Positions 1 to 15,539 of a stretch of 64,000 nt of DNA are shown in pieces; position 1 is the stretch's first letter; each line of letters begins with the position of its first letter. Made by a program: the position numbers and the translations under genes. Source of the stretch: Chrysomallon squamiferum (taxonomy: Eukaryota; Animalia; Mollusca); NCBI GenBank assembly GCA_012295275.1, contig CM022666.1, forward strand, positions 6,758,001 through 6,822,000, in the 5' to 3' direction. The notes under the pieces are model-generated. The model did no database searches and was not told the origin of the DNA. It saw only the letters and a list, made by a program, of their open reading frames with translations.

Positions 1-1231
1 TCTATTTTAAAAATTTCTTATATCTAATATTGTCATTTTTGATTTATATATAAAAATTATTCGCCAATGAATGTCAGTATAAATGTGTATGTTTATATTT
101 GTGGGGTTTTTTTTCAATTTGTTAGTTTATTTCAATTATTGTCATTTTTTTTTATACAAAATTTATTCAGGAATGTATTGAATATGTTTATGTTTATTGT
201 CTTGTTTTAAAATTGGTTTGTTAATATCAGTCATTGTCATTTTTATATACAAAGTATTCAGCAGTGTATGTAAGTATGTGTGTGTATGTTTAGAATTTCA
301 CTTTTTTCTTCTTTGAAATGTCTTAGTTAAAGAAAAATAAATTAAATAACTGAGAAGAAAATAAAGAAAGAAAGAAAGAAAAAAGAAATAATTCCTGATT
401 ATAAATTTTGTAATTATTATTTTTTCAAGGTGATTTTCTTATTTAAAATATTATGATTATTATTATTATTTTATTTATTTATTTTTTTTATTTTATTATT
501 ATTTAAAAAAAAGAAAAATCTTTTTGATATGTCACTGTGAGACAGTATTTAAAAGAAAAATCGGAAAACAAATTGTAATGGAAAGCAGCTGTTTTGTATT
601 TGAAATTATTTTTTGTTTAATTTCTTTTTAAACCTTTTTTCTTTTACAATTAGAAATTACAACTAGAATTGCAAGAAGTCATTTCTTTTTACCAAAAAGT
701 GCTGAAGAAAAACAAATACAAAAATAAAATAAAAATTGGGATCTATTTTACAAATAACTTAGAATACTGAATTGAATAAAAAATAAAAAATATGCTTGAG
801 TAAAAAATTGCTTTATCAGAAAACATTAAAGAATCAAAGAACAAAAAGAAAAAAGGACAATAAAAGAAAGAAAAAAACACAAAAAAAGAATAAATGAAAG
901 TAGAGAAAGGAAATAAAAGAGAAAAATAAAAGGAAAAAAAAATCAAATAACACACAAACTCACACACACACACACACGTGTGTGCAGTCATCACATGCTT
1001 TGAATCAATTTTTTTTTTTTTTAAAGTTTAAAATAAAAACCAAAATATGTTAATAAGAATTATCCAAATAAACTTTTTTAATATACAACATAGTTAATAA
1101 ATTCAAATAAAACTACTGATAAAAAAACACAATAAAATAAAATAAAATGAAATAGAAGCGTTAACAAAATACTAATAAAATAAAATCTATCAGATTTAAA
1201 ATAATATATATATATATATATATAAATAAAC

Positions 1232-1274
<43 letters not shown>

Positions 1275-1741
1275 CGTAATCGTAATCGTAATAGTAATAA
1301 TAATAACAACACAAAAACAACAGTAAGAACAACAATAATAAAACTCCAACACAAAAAACCAACTAACAAATCCACAAACTCTGTCGCAAATCTAACGTTA
1401 CTGAATCAACATAAAACATTTTCCCCACTTCATTATTCAGTTATGTAACCATTACACTTATTGATTTTGTAATCAAAGTCTTTCACCACTGTTTAAAAAG
1501 AAAAAGAAAAAAAGAAAGAAAACTTCTCTTCATGCATACTTAACTACGGAAGCTAAAAGCCCAGAAAAAAATATTTTATCATTATTCTGTCCTCAACAGT
1601 TGCCAACAAGCTTCCTTAACCTAGTATTATAACAGCTTAATACTGCTTCTAATGTCTGTTGATTTTTTTCTTGCATTTGCATAAATCTCCGATTGTTGTC
1701 TTTACTCACTTGGAGAATGTCTTAGACAATGTATTATAGCC

Positions 1742-1773
<32 letters not shown>

Positions 1774-3659
1774 TCGAATGGTTTGGATTAAGTATCTACA
1801 AACCAGAACAATTAAACTGATTTTAAACTTTACTGTCCAATTAGACAGCATAAGAATTGATGGTAAAGATTACATAGCAGCAGAACTGAATAATTAAATT
1901 TAGTTAAAATTATATTTTCCTGCATAAGATATTTAAAAACTGAAATGTTTGGATTATGTGTTCGTAAACTCAAGCAATCAAATTTACCTAAAACTACACT
2001 TTCAAAATACACAGCATAAATTTTAACTTTTGAATTGATGGTACAGATTATGTAGCAGAAGAAATTGATAATTAAATTTTCTTACAATTATGATTTTTTG
2101 AAACATGACTACAAATAAGGCATTTAAAAATCAAAGGTATGGAACTTGCCTTTTAAAAACTGGTTGAAGAAGCAACACAATTAAATATAATTAAATTTAT
2201 TTAAAACAGTAGTTTCAAATATTACGCGAAAAATTAACTCACTTAAAATTGAAAGATTAACAAATATGTGTCAATAAAACATTATTATTAAATCTTAGAA
2301 TATTACAAACAGGCTTAAAATAACAAAAAAATAAATAAACAAACATTTATTAAATTTTCAGTATCCAGTTAAAAATGACATGAAAAATTACATGTCTATA
2401 ATTAAATTTGAAAATATTTTGAAAAAGACAAGATGACAGAAAACAAAACAAATTTGAAAAGATTCTCATTTCTGTGTTCAAATGTGAATAGTAATTAAGA
2501 ATTCAGTAATTACATAAGAATAAAATATCATGTTCATAGTACATGTAATAAAATTTTAATATGCAAAACTGTCAAATTACGTCAATCTGTCTGCCCATCT
2601 GAGATGCAAACTTATTAAGACAAGAATAAATGGACACTTAAATTGGAAATCCTATATGTCTATGCATAATTGAATTTATAAATAGAGAGAAAGAGATGAT
2701 ATAAGAGAAAAAGAGAAACAGCAGAGGCAAAGTGAGAAATACTCAGAAGAGATGGACAGACAGAGAGAGAAAGAGACAGACAGACATACAGAAATACAGA
2801 AAGAAAGAAAGAATGGGAGAGAAATATACCCAGAGAGAGGGGGGCAGAGACAGATTTTCACAGAGGCAGAGAAACGAAGTGAGGCATAATGAAAGAGCAA
2901 CAGAGACAGAGACAGAGAGACAGACAGAAGAGACAGTCATACAGAGAAAGAGACTGAATAAGATTCAGACAGAGAGAAAGACAGAGACAGAGAAAGACAG
3001 AGACAGAGAAATTGAGTCACATGTATACACAAAAATTATTTATTAAAACTCAGACGGTCCTCCCTTCTTATAAACTCACTTTTCAGTTACTATTTTATGT
3101 AACAATACCTTTCACACAAAAACTATTTCTACACAAATAACATTTCAAATAAAAACACATTTACACCGTTTTAATTCGCCAAATTGAAAAAAATTTCTAA
3201 GAACAGGAGAGTCGTTCTGAAATAGACTGGAATCATAATGAACACGACAACATTAACAGCTAAATGAAATATTTACGTCTGATAACTTCATCAAAAATAA
3301 TTTCAGCAAGATGAATCTTTCACTATTATCTGACGGAAATAAAATTCCCATCGCATCAGACACACATTACACAAGTTAATTATCCTGGCCCATCGATGGC
3401 ATCCAAATTCTTTTCAAGGATCAATCTGGATTCATTTTAACAGGAAAATATAATGAGCCAGTTTTGGGGAAATTATCTCCACTTAACAAGGGCGTTAACT
3501 CTAAAAGAGGTGTGCAAATTAAGAAGTCACCTGCTGCATATGAATATCTGTTGATAACGTGTGGTAATTTGTGAAAGAATTTCATGAATAATTTGTTACG
3601 TTGTAATGAATAATCAAGTTAGGCACTGTGGCAAATCTGTGCAGATGAAGATAAGAAAG

Positions 3660-4200
3660 TTTTGCAGACTGTAAACAGAGTTTTGTACACACAGAGCTAT
3701 GTAAACATAATTCCATACACAGCTAAATAAACACAGTTTTGTAAACAGAATTAATTAAACACAATTTTGTAATCATAGCTTTGTAAACAGTTTAGAAAAC
3801 AACTTTGTAAACAATATTATAAACATGTTTGTAAATGGAAAACATCTGAAAACACAGATTCACAAATAGGGCAGTGTAAATAAAGATGTAATTTTTTTTT
3901 TTTTTTTAATCAGTGCTTGTAAAACCATTTTGTAAACAATTATGTAAAACTTTGTAAACAGAATTGCACAAACAATTTTGCAGACAAAACTTCGTAAAGT
4001 TATGTAAACACAGATTCGTAAACAGTTGCTTCATAAAGAGAACTTTGTAAACACATCTTTGTAAACTTCATGAACAGTTTGTAAATCAGCTTTGAGAGTC
4101 AAGCTGAAGTTCTGCTGATATGAAAGTTGGCAAATACTGGGGTCAGTCAAGCTATTAGCTTGGTAAACAGATCACGTAAACTATCGTAAACTGTGACACT
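3660..4200. repeat. Degenerate short-period tandem repeat with GTAAAC core
   Basis: About 14 GTAAAC cores, mostly (T)TGTAAACA, many spaced roughly 20-40 bp apart. Confidence 0.75.
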
Positions 4201-5026
4201 GATTTACTCATTCTTTACATTCAGCTTGTCTGAGTAATTTATTGATAAAAGTCTCACATCTTTGTGTCTTCAAATTATTTGTTTTATTTTTCCGATAACT
4301 TCTTTTTTTTTTCTTTTTTTTTAATATAATTAAGTAAACAAACTATCAAAAAATAAAATTAAAGAATAGAAAAGAAAAGAAAAAAGGAATAAATCAAAAT
4401 AAGGCAACTTCTAACAAATGCAAAAGATTTATTATTTTCAAACTTTATTATTAGTAAAGTATAGGTATCAAAAAAAGATAAAGCACATCTCATGGCAAGT
4501 TACAAAATAGAAATCTGCCCTTCAGAAATATGCAGCTTTTAATAACGACAAAGGATCTGTAATTTTATTTTCATTCTTTATTATTAGTAAAGGATAGGTA
4601 TTAAGAAAGAAAAGCAAATCCACTTGAAGGAATACAAAATGGAAAATGGTTGTAACTATGAACTAAAAAGAATTGAAACAATCTTAATGTAGCCTATTTG
4701 TATTTCACAAATCTAGTTAAAACATTAACAAAAAACTATTAATGCAAAATGACGTCCAATTCCACAAAAGGTACTTCAACTAATCTTTAATTAAATATAT
4801 ATTACATTTTTGTTTCTCAAATGTCCATATTACAACATATACGTTTTAAATAAATAATAATAATTTATAAAAAAATAAAAAAATAAAAAATAAAAATATA
4901 AAAATAAATTAAAAAAATGAATAAATAAAATGAAAAAAATACAATAAAATAGAACAATTTATAAACAAAAATCAATCAAAATAAAAAAAAAAAAATAAAA
5001 TGAAATAAAAAAAAAAAATTTATAAA

Positions 5027-5064
<38 letters not shown>

Positions 5065-5271
5065 AAATAAAATGAAATGAAATAAAAAAAACAATAAAAT
5101 AAAATAAAATAAAACAATTTATAAAAAAAAAAAAAAAAAATACAAATAAAAAAATAAATAAATAAATAAATAAAACAATTCATTATGAAAAAAAAAAAAA
5201 AAAAAAAAATTATTTATATTTAAAATATTTTTAAAAATTAAATTAAATTAAAAAAATAAAATCAGACTCAC

Positions 5272-5396
5272 TGTAGTCTCTTGTCAGCAGCAGCAGCCCC
5301 ACCCGGAATGATTTTAGTGATGAAGATGCTTGGAAGGTTTCCAACGTGAGGGTTGTCACTGCCCCCAGCAATACTGAACCCCAGACCAGTGGTTCC
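5272..5396 (-). CDS. dlg1: Dlg PDZ1 first half (125 nt, phase 0-2)
   Basis: attcag|GGA ACC ACT GGT CTG GGG TTC AGT ATT GCT ... AGA CTA CA|gtgagt. Translates [41 protein letters not shown] with the GLGF carboxylate-binding loop. Confidence 0.98.
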
Positions 5397-6169
5397 CTGA
5401 ATCACACATTTTATAATAAACACAACATATCTCAATATTAATTGTTGTTGTTGTTGTTGTCATCATTATGATTATTACTATTGTTGTTGTGTTGTAACTG
5501 TTGTCATTATCATTGATATCATCATTATGATTATTATTGTTCTTCTTGTTATTAATTATTTATTTTTTTATTTATTTTATTTCATTGTTATTTTTTTTTT
5601 AATTATTATTATATTACATTATATTACATTTTATTTTATTTTATTTTTATTATTATTATATTACATTATATTACATTTTATTTTATTTTTTATTTTTTAT
5701 CTATTTTATTATTTTAATTTTTTTTTAATTTTAATTTATTATTATTTTTTTTTTTTTCTTCATCATTTTTAGTGTCAGTGGTTTGATAAAATATGACTTG
5801 AAGTGTTGTAAATGAATTTTAATAAACAGTAATTAAAAACTGTACAGCTAATATTGAAATAAATTTCTTAAGATCTAAATATAAACATTTAACTAAAACA
5901 AAATATTTGAATTTTAGCAAAAGAAACAAAAACATAAATTTAAATAAATACAGAATTAAAAAAAAAAAAAATGGTAATAATTAAATGAAAACAAAACCTT
6001 GCAGAAAGTGTAAAAACTGATTCAATTATTTTTATATATTCTTTTAAAATTTAAGCCAAAAATACATCAGTGATAACAAAAATTAACATAAATACCTTTG
6101 TAAAAAAACAGAATAAACAAGAAAAGAAGAAGGATTATATATTTCCTTTTTTGGGTATAATTCACTTAC

Positions 6170-6217
6170 TCTTTCCAAGACAATTTCTTCATATTCATAG
6201 GCACTTTCATCATTAAA
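6170..6217 (-). CDS. dlg1: Dlg exon preceding PDZ1 (FNDESAYEYEEIVLER, 48 nt)
   Basis: ttttcag|TTT AAT GAT ... TTG GAA AGA|gtaagt. YEYEEIxLER is the conserved entry into Dlg PDZ1. Confidence 0.96.
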
Positions 6218-7463
6218 CTGAAAAAAACAAAAAATTACAATATAGATAAATATTAAAACAATGATAATATTCTCTACATAAATAAGTTTACTAAGAAATT
6301 CCTGTAATAAAATCAAAGCCTGTAATTCTCCCTCATTTGTAATCTTTTATTCATATTATACATAGGAGGATGGAAATTTGGAACTGTCTGGTTTTTTGTG
6401 TGTTTGTGAATATTTACCCTTATATATAATCATATAAGTAACTTTTGCTTTATATATATGTGTGTGTGTGTGTGTGTGTAAGAAGGTTCCTGTTTTATAT
6501 ACATCATCTCGTGTTACTCATTTTATTTTATTCACTCACACACACACACACACGTGTCAATAATATTACTCACAAATAAATTAAATAAATTAAATAAATA
6601 AATAAAATCTGGTTCATGTTTTCTCAAACTTTTTTTTTGACATATATAAAATCTGGTCAATTTTTTGTCAACACTTTATTCAGAGCTGCCAATGATCTAA
6701 AACAGAATCTTTCAATTTAAGTTTTTTTTTGTTGTAAAAACAGTTCAACTTCTCATCCGAATTTTATTATCTTTGAATAGTTCACAGTAACATGCATTTT
6801 CACCTGTGACTGATGACCAAGCAAACAAGTGGATTAAATGACAAATGGATAAAAACATGTGGGTTTTTGATGGGGTTTTTTTTTTTAACAATTAACCATC
6901 TTTGTCTGTCTGTATGCATGTATCTTTGTGCTCACAGATATGTATCTTCGTTATGCGTTTAAAAATAAAAGTCTGTACTTTATTGGTTAAATGTGTTTCT
7001 ATGGTTGGTTGTTCAATTTACTTACTGTGAAATAAAAAATATAACAGAAAAAATATATGTAATCTTATCTGCATCAGAAGTATACAAGTAATGTACTTTT
7101 TATTTTATCTAATATTTGAAAATACTTAGCATTCTGTACAAATTCACTAATTTTTATTTTATATTTTCATTATCATTAATTATTATTAATTATTATGTTT
7201 ATTAATTATTATTATTATTATTATTATTGTTATTGTTAGCTGAAACTGGTATTAATTTTATTGTTGTTGTTGTTGTTGTTACTGATATTATTTTGATTAT
7301 TATATTGAATATCAGTATTATTTATTTTCTTTTTTATTTATTTATTTATTAAACACAATACAGAATTAGAATGCATGCCTAAGATGTGAAAGTTTATGGG
7401 TTCAATTCTTTTCATTATTCTCCTCTCACCAGCATCCCACAGATTATCAAATTATTATCATGC

Positions 7464-7514
<51 letters not shown>

Positions 7515-7685
7515 TTTTACTTTTTAAAAAGTTATTGAAGTTGCAGAATCTTTGATGCTGATTTGGGAACTGAACAATAAGCTATGCTCAACAGACAGAC
7601 AAAGTTTAAAAAAGAACAAGTAGACAGACTGACAGACAGACAGACAGACAGACAGACGGAATTAAGGAATTAATCAAAGACTTAC

Positions 7686-7718
7686 AAAATCAATTTCGTC
7701 AGTTTCAGAACCTTCAGG
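7686..7718 (-). CDS. dlg1: Dlg 33-nt microexon (PEGSETDEIDF)
   Basis: ttttaatttcag|CCT GAA GGT TCT GAA ACT GAC GAA ATT GAT TTT|gtaagt. Strong acceptor and donor, phase 0-0, no stop. Confidence 0.8.
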
Positions 7719-8082
7719 CTGAAATTAAAAATAAAATAAAAATAAAATCATAATAATAGTAATGTCAATGATCATGATGATGATGATAAAAGTAATAATA
7801 ATAATAATGATAAAAGTAGTAGTAGTAATAATGGTAATAATAATAATCATCACAATAATGACATAAAAACAAAAGAAAGAAAATCTCTAATGAATTTCTG
7901 CAAACTCTAATAATAATTTGATAAATGATTTGCACATTCAGACAAGTGTTCTTAAGCACATTCATGCACATATACAGACACAGACATGTATAGACAGACA
8001 CACACACAGAAAGTAAATTTCTAGTATCTCTCTCTTCTTATGCCTATCATCCATCCAAAATGTCTCTCTTCTTCCATACATT

Positions 8083-8113
<31 letters not shown>

Positions 8114-8740
8114 GAATCTCTGAGTTCACAGATGTATCTGGCAATATGGTTCTGTTATTTAGACCAAAAAATATTCTAAAAAAAACAAAAATAAAAAATA
8201 AAAAAATAAAATAAAATAAATAAAAATTCTCCATCAAGATTTTATCCTTGCAATCAACATTCAATAAACATTCAACTTCCAACTAAGTTTTTTTTCAACA
8301 AGCGTGGAAGAATCTCTCGAAAAATCGTACACAAATGCCAGAGTGACATCAAATGTGACAGTGTCACAACATGCACGTCATCACTGACTGGTTTCTGCTC
8401 GGGTTTCGCGACGATGATTTAATCAAGGGCCATTTCATATCAGCTGTTAATGGCAGCTGCATTAGCAGGCATTTTGAAAAGAGATGAGGATTACGGTGCC
8501 TGTGACTAATATGCGACAGTTATTGAAACAGACAGGTTAGTCACGAATTTCACATTTGCCGCTGAAGGGTTTTCCTTCTGACCGACATAATTCAGTCTCG
8601 TACTTGACTCGCCCACTTTTTTAAACTCACACAAATGACGATTTCTCACGAACAAATGAAATCAGCCATGTTGCTCGTGTTGAAGGTACAAATTTGTTTT
8701 CGAATGAAAAATGTGTTAATGTTTTCTGCTGTTGTTGTCG

Positions 8741-8890
8741 TCTCTCTCTCTCTCTCTCTCTCTCTCTTCGCACATTCAGACAGAAGAAAGTATTAAACAA
8801 AATTAAAACTATTTAATTTAAAAAAAATCTCTCTCTCTCTCTCTTCGCATTCAGACAGAAGAAAGTATTAAACAAAATTAAAACTATTTC
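8741..8890. repeat. Local tandem duplication (~70 bp)
   Basis: (CT)n-TTCGCA..TTCAGACAGAAGAAAGTATTAAACAAAATTAAAACTATTT occurs twice. Confidence 0.9.
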
Positions 8891-9902
8891 ATTTTAATAA
8901 ATCTGAAATAGCTGAAACTAAAATATAAATTATATTCCCTGCTCCTATCTGACAAAATCACTCAATCTTCTAAATCAAAGTTTAAATAAAAAAGTGAATG
9001 CAAATGATTAAAAAAAAAAGAAAGAAAGAAAGAATATAACATAAGTTTTTGTAAATCATGTGTATTTTGTGCATTTAATTTGAACATTTTATTTGTAACT
9101 AGATTTTTATTTTTAAATATTTTTCTTTCATATATATAATATTTCATATTTTTATTTACTTATTTATTTATTTAGAGAATTTTATTATTTATTATTTTCG
9201 AGAGAATATCAATTTTTTTAGAGAGAAAATAGTTTTATTTAATCTTTAATCTGACATTTACTCATTTTGCATCAAAAACGATTTCATTTAATATTTTATT
9301 GTAATTCTTATTTTTTAAATATCATATTTTATTATTTTCTTTTTAAATTCAATCTATGAACAATGGAAATTTTTTTTTTTAACTTCCATTCCCATTTTTC
9401 CTTTTATTTCAAATCTGTTTCATACTATTAACTCAACATTAAAATGAATTTAAAAAAAAAAAATGAATTAATTTAAAAAAAATTATTTTGAAAACAAATT
9501 GAAGAATTTAAAAAATTTAAAATAAAATAAAACAGTATTTCATCAATAAAGAAATCTTTATTACCCTGAAGACTGAAAAACATGAACTGAAAAATCGTTG
9601 TATTTCCTCTGAATTCCAAATTAATAAACAGTTTATCAGCATAGAAACGTGTTTAAAAAAATAAAAAAATAAAAAATGCTGGCATAATTCTTCGGCAGCA
9701 GTTTATTAACACCAGGAAATGGTTTTATTTTTTAATTCTTTGAAAACAGTGATTTGTGTCAGACATAAAAAGGAGTGAAATGGTGATGTGTCATTAGGAA
9801 AGGTATACTGATCAAATTAAGTTAAGGAACGGTGGGAATTTATATTCCACTTAATAAGTATTTTCAAATTTATTCAGGGAAATGAATGCTAAATGATGAT
9901 GA

Positions 9903-9945
<43 letters not shown>

Positions 9946-10504
9946 TCTGATTGTTGCATTTTATGTATTTTTTTAATGTTTTTTTTAAATACTTTTCCTT
10001 TTCTCTTCTATTATTACTGCCATATTTATCAAGAGATATTATTGTTTTTCTTAGTCTCAATATTTTTAAATAACACACACATACATACAGACAGATTGAG
10101 AACATCCATTGCAGTATAAGAATCAGCCTTTTACCTAAAACATACAGAGTTACATACAAACTTACATGCATCATAGACTCACAAACATACACACCCAGAC
10201 AGACACACACATACTTATATATATATATATATATCCACATACACCACACACACACACACACACTAATACACAAACAAGCAAACATAACAACAAAACATGT
10301 GTTCATTCAAAGGCACTTTATAATTATTTTATCATTGCAATAAAAAATCACTTTCTCATTAGAAAAACAACTGACAAAAAAAAAAAAAAAAAAACACACA
10401 CAAAGAAAAACAAACAACACAAAACAGTCAAATTGCATAGCCAGAGGGAAAGTGAAATTACACAGTTCTGTGATCTCCATCAGAAGGTGTCAACATCCAG
10501 TCTG

Positions 10505-10765
10505 AAACAAGAGAAATCATTCGAGCCAACAGACAGAACTAAATAATACATAATGTGTCCATGTAATGACCGCAATGACCACAACAATGACAGCAATGAC
10601 CACAACAATGACCACCAGATCAGGAGTGTTGACTTCAGCCTGCAGGACAAAGTCGAACACAGGCAGAAATTATTCCAGCCAACAGACGAGATTAAATACG
10701 TCGTGTGTCCATGTAATGACCGTAATGACCACAGGATGACCACGAGAAGTGTTGACCTGCATGAC
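10505..10765. repeat. Diverged tandem duplication (~155-bp period) with AATGACC sub-repeats
   Basis: AGCCAACAGAC...TAAATA...TGTGTCCATGTAATGACCG(C/T)AATGACCACA...GTGTTGAC occurs twice. Confidence 0.85.
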
Positions 10766-11039
10766 AGCGAGGCTGGAGGTGACAACAGCATGGATGACAA
10801 CAGCGCAGAAGAAAACATCAGAAAGTAATTAACAGAAATTATACACGTGAGATGGTGAATACATTAACTACACATTTTGTTATCAGTGAGTTTCACTCAG
10901 TGACCATTTCGATGACCATGAACAAGAAATGCTGACCACTTGCACAGTGGTCATTTTTAAAAATTTTTTTTTTTTTTTTGAACATAAAGCAATTTGCAGA
11001 AATTACACAAATGACTGAAGATTTGTATTAAATATAAAA

Positions 11040-11680
<641 letters not shown>

Positions 11681-12213
11681 AGTCCAGTGGTATTTCCATT
11701 AATCTAAATGAATGCTATGGGCGAAGTTTATAAAACATTGTGTGAATGTATTTATGTCCTCACACATAATAAATATCACACCCACACACATCTCTACTAC
11801 TCCCATTTATCACAAGGCATATTTTTTTATATATTTTTGCCATTTCTATCTCTCTCCATTGCTCGCCATCTTTACTTCTTTCTTTTTGCCTCTCTGTCTA
11901 CCCACCTGAATTCCTCCACCCTTCTATCTCTCCATTTGTCTGTTCTTTTTTCTCTCTTTTCTCTCACTCTAAACCCACTTCTTTCAGTCTGCATTCAAAC
12001 ATAGATATTTCTGTCTATATATATATATATATATTATACATGAGAGAAATAAATGCACATACACACACACACAAAATTATTTTTGACACATAAACAACTC
12101 TATCACATCAAATATATATTTTATCTTCTTATTTTTTGTACATATACAAACACATTAAACTTATATTATCATATATTATCACATAGATAAAGCTACACTT
12201 TTAATCAGTCAAT

Positions 12214-12281
<68 letters not shown>

Positions 12282-12298
12282 GTCTGTCTGTCTGTCTC

Positions 12299-12334
<36 letters not shown>

Positions 12335-13299
12335 TCTCTCTCTCCACCCCCACATTCTCTTTCTCCCATATTCAAAATTCAACACCAATCTAAATTTTCC
12401 ATTCATTTATTCCAGTCGTTTCATGAATATTTTTCTTATTTTACTTTCTAAATTCACTGCCACCTAATGTCTTTCAGTTTCCTCACACAACCTTCACTTT
12501 CTCAGGGTCGCACAGAAATGATTTAAAAATTTACGTCTACACAATTTCAATATGCATCATTTTTCTTTCGATGAAAACAAACCTAATTCAATCAAATTTG
12601 TGCACGCATGACGAACAAGGAACTGAATTATTCTCATACTTTGAACAAAATCGTCTCAACCCTGATATTAAAAAGAACTCAAGCAAACACCTCTCAGAAA
12701 TATTTATCTCCAAGAATAAACTGACAAGAACATCACAGTTCACTTTGGTGAGGTTTCATTAATTCCAACTCAAGCCTTATAATCTAGTCAGCCATAAAAG
12801 AAAAAAATATTCTTTGCAACCTGAGGCTTATGTTGGAACTGGAAAAAAAGGCTGCATGTTTAATGACGAAGAAAAGATATATCAGATCTGACAAGCCAGG
12901 CAGAAGATTATTGATTCTTATATTTCAGTAAAGTAACGTAAGATTTATGATTATAATTATGTTAGAATGGGAAAAAAGTGATTTTAAAGAAGTGTTATAA
13001 AATTGTATTTTTATATATCTGCTTTGTTTCTAGAATAATAAGCAAAAACAGTTGCTATGTTCAAGATGTTTTTTTTTTTTTTAAATGTATTTATTTATTT
13101 ATCTATTCAAGGGTGTCTGTGTTTTTATGTATGTAATCTTTTATTAATCTGGCAAAGGAATAATGTGTATAAATATATTTAGATTTGTACATACAACCAA
13201 TAATCTGTTTTAATCAAACACTACCACCAACTACAACAACAATAGCAATAATAAATTAAATATAAAAATTAAATAAACTAAATTAATAACAAAACAAAA

Positions 13300-13585
13300 T
13301 TAAATTAAATTAAATAAATTAATAAAATAAATAAAAATGAAATGAAATGAAATGAAATGAAATGAAATAAAATAAAATAAAATAAAATAAAATAAATAAA
13401 AATATAATATAATATAATATAATATAACTTAAAATGAAACAAAACAAAAATGAAATGAAATGAAATAATGAAATGAAATAAAATAAAATAAAATAAAATA
13501 AAATAAAATAAAATAAAATAAAATAAAATAAAATAAAAATATAATATAATATAATATAATATAATATAATATAATAAAACAAAAC
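13300..13585. repeat. Compound pentanucleotide microsatellite (AAATG/AAAAT/AATAT); representative of dozens of (CA)n, (GA)n, (AT)n, (AAT)n, (AAAT)n, (GTA)n and (ATGG)n tracts across the window
   Basis: Directly visible. Similar tracts at 12217-12340, 22500-22610, 22835-22892, 23340-23420, 42280-42345, 46790-46885, 48115-48235, 50230-50500 and 54475-54595. Confidence 0.95.
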
Positions 13586-15539
13586 AGGAATAATCAGAAG
13601 AAGAACTGATCAGTTTTACACATCTGCTAAAAGTAAAAGTATGGTTGGTATAAGAAGTACAAGAACACAAATTTGCTGCAGGAAAGAATCATTAAAAATA
13701 AATGTTTATCAGCGAGAGGCTAAGTGAATTTACACCTCCACTAATACACCGCTGATGTTAAAACAAAGAAAAAAGACTGTTGTGGATATTATCAAAAACA
13801 AAAAAACAAAATTTAAAAAGTTGATATTGGTTGATTCTGAATGATGTTTATATTTTGTTACTATTTTCAAGAAAGAAATGTGTGCATGTGTGTGTGTGTG
13901 TGTGTTTAAATATAGTGTATATTTGTGTTTGTATCTACCTATCTATCCATCTCTCTCTCTCTCTCTCTCTCACTCTCATACAAAGGAGAAATGACACTGT
14001 GTTGAGGAAGGAAGGAAGGAGGAAGAATGAGGAATGTGCATATAAATACTTTTTTTATTTCTACACTGATGTTTAAAAACCATTATTAAGTACAGCATAC
14101 AAAGTGACAAAACCTAAAATATTATCCAGTGTTTTCATAAATACCATAATTTGTCACACGCACACACACACAATATAGAAATCACTGAAAATCACTATCT
14201 GTATAAATCTTAAGTTTACAGAAACTCAAAAATCAAACATTATCAACAAATCTAAAGGATTATGCAATATATTAAACAATGAAACCACTCTCAGTGTTAT
14301 TATATGCAGAAATTACACTTCCTACATTTTTTAAAAATTTTCAAATGTTTTTCTCATGTACCATTCAATACTACAAACAAACAACAAAACACACACATAC
14401 ACACACCTCAGAAATAAAAAAATAAAAAAAAAAATAAAAAGAAATCCTTTACATTTCAGTCTATTTTGAAATTTTTAAAATAGCCCCTGAACCCTTTAGA
14501 AGGACTGAACTTTTAGGAATATCTTCCATAGGCAAATACCTGCCATATAAAATATTACAAAAACTTAAAAACATGTTTACATTATCAGTCCAATCCAAAA
14601 GATTTCAAAAACTGTTTAAAAATCATCTTCATACACCAACTACACAAAATATCACAAAAACATTAGAAACAACTGTAACTATATCAACCTAATCTAAAAC
14701 AAAAAACAAAAAAAAAAGTTATTAAAACTTTTCAAAACAATTTCCACACACAAAAACCATACACTTTACCCAAATTTTACAAAAAAAACACCAAAAACAA
14801 AAAAATGATCTCTACATTCTTAACCTAATCTGAAAAACTTTTTTTTATAATTTCCGTCACACAATATCACAAAAATATACTTTATCTTCCACAATTACAC
14901 ATCCAATCAAAGATTACTAAAAACACATTCAAAAACATTCGCCCCCCCTCCCCTCCACAACCCCACATGCACACTACACGCAATGTTTCGAAGAGAGCAA
15001 AAACTCTTCTGCAACTGTGATGAAACTCGTATATCCTCTTAGTTTCAACAATGAACCCTCGCTCTCCCATGAGCAGCAATTTCCTGTCCGTGTTTTCACA
15101 GCACTAATGGGTGGCCAGCTTTTCTCTCTGGCCATTTCAGAGCTGAGCTGGACCACCTAGGGAATAGCGTGTATATTTATTAAACTTGCATGATGGAGGA
15201 GAAAATGTCATGTCTATGATACATCGACATTGCACAGTGATACACATAACACTTGTGTCTTCCTCAGTGTACAGAAAATTGTTACCGGAGCTGGGGAAGA
15301 ACAGACAGAAGGTCAGAAAGAGGTTTATGATGATGCAGTGGCGACATGATGTAATTTATCGTAACGAACGAAGCACCAAAGCTGGGTTTTTGAATGTTGC
15401 GACTTAAAGTTTAATGAGAAATGAGATGGATGGAAATATTCATAGATTAGGTTAGATTAGATTAGATTGTTGTAATGAAACTACATCAGTTTTATATTTT
15501 ATGAGTTTGTTTTAACTTCTAACTTACATTCTACATTAA

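Noticed and set aside
1710-1743. Short minus-strand ATG segment MAIIHCLRHSP ending A|gtgagt
   Set aside because: Phase 1 does not match the phase-2 junction needed for the next PDZ1 exon; cannot be tested within the window.
10480-10828. ORFs of 91-112 aa on both strands
   Set aside because: Arise from a local duplication and AATGACC repeats; no convincing splice sites or homology.
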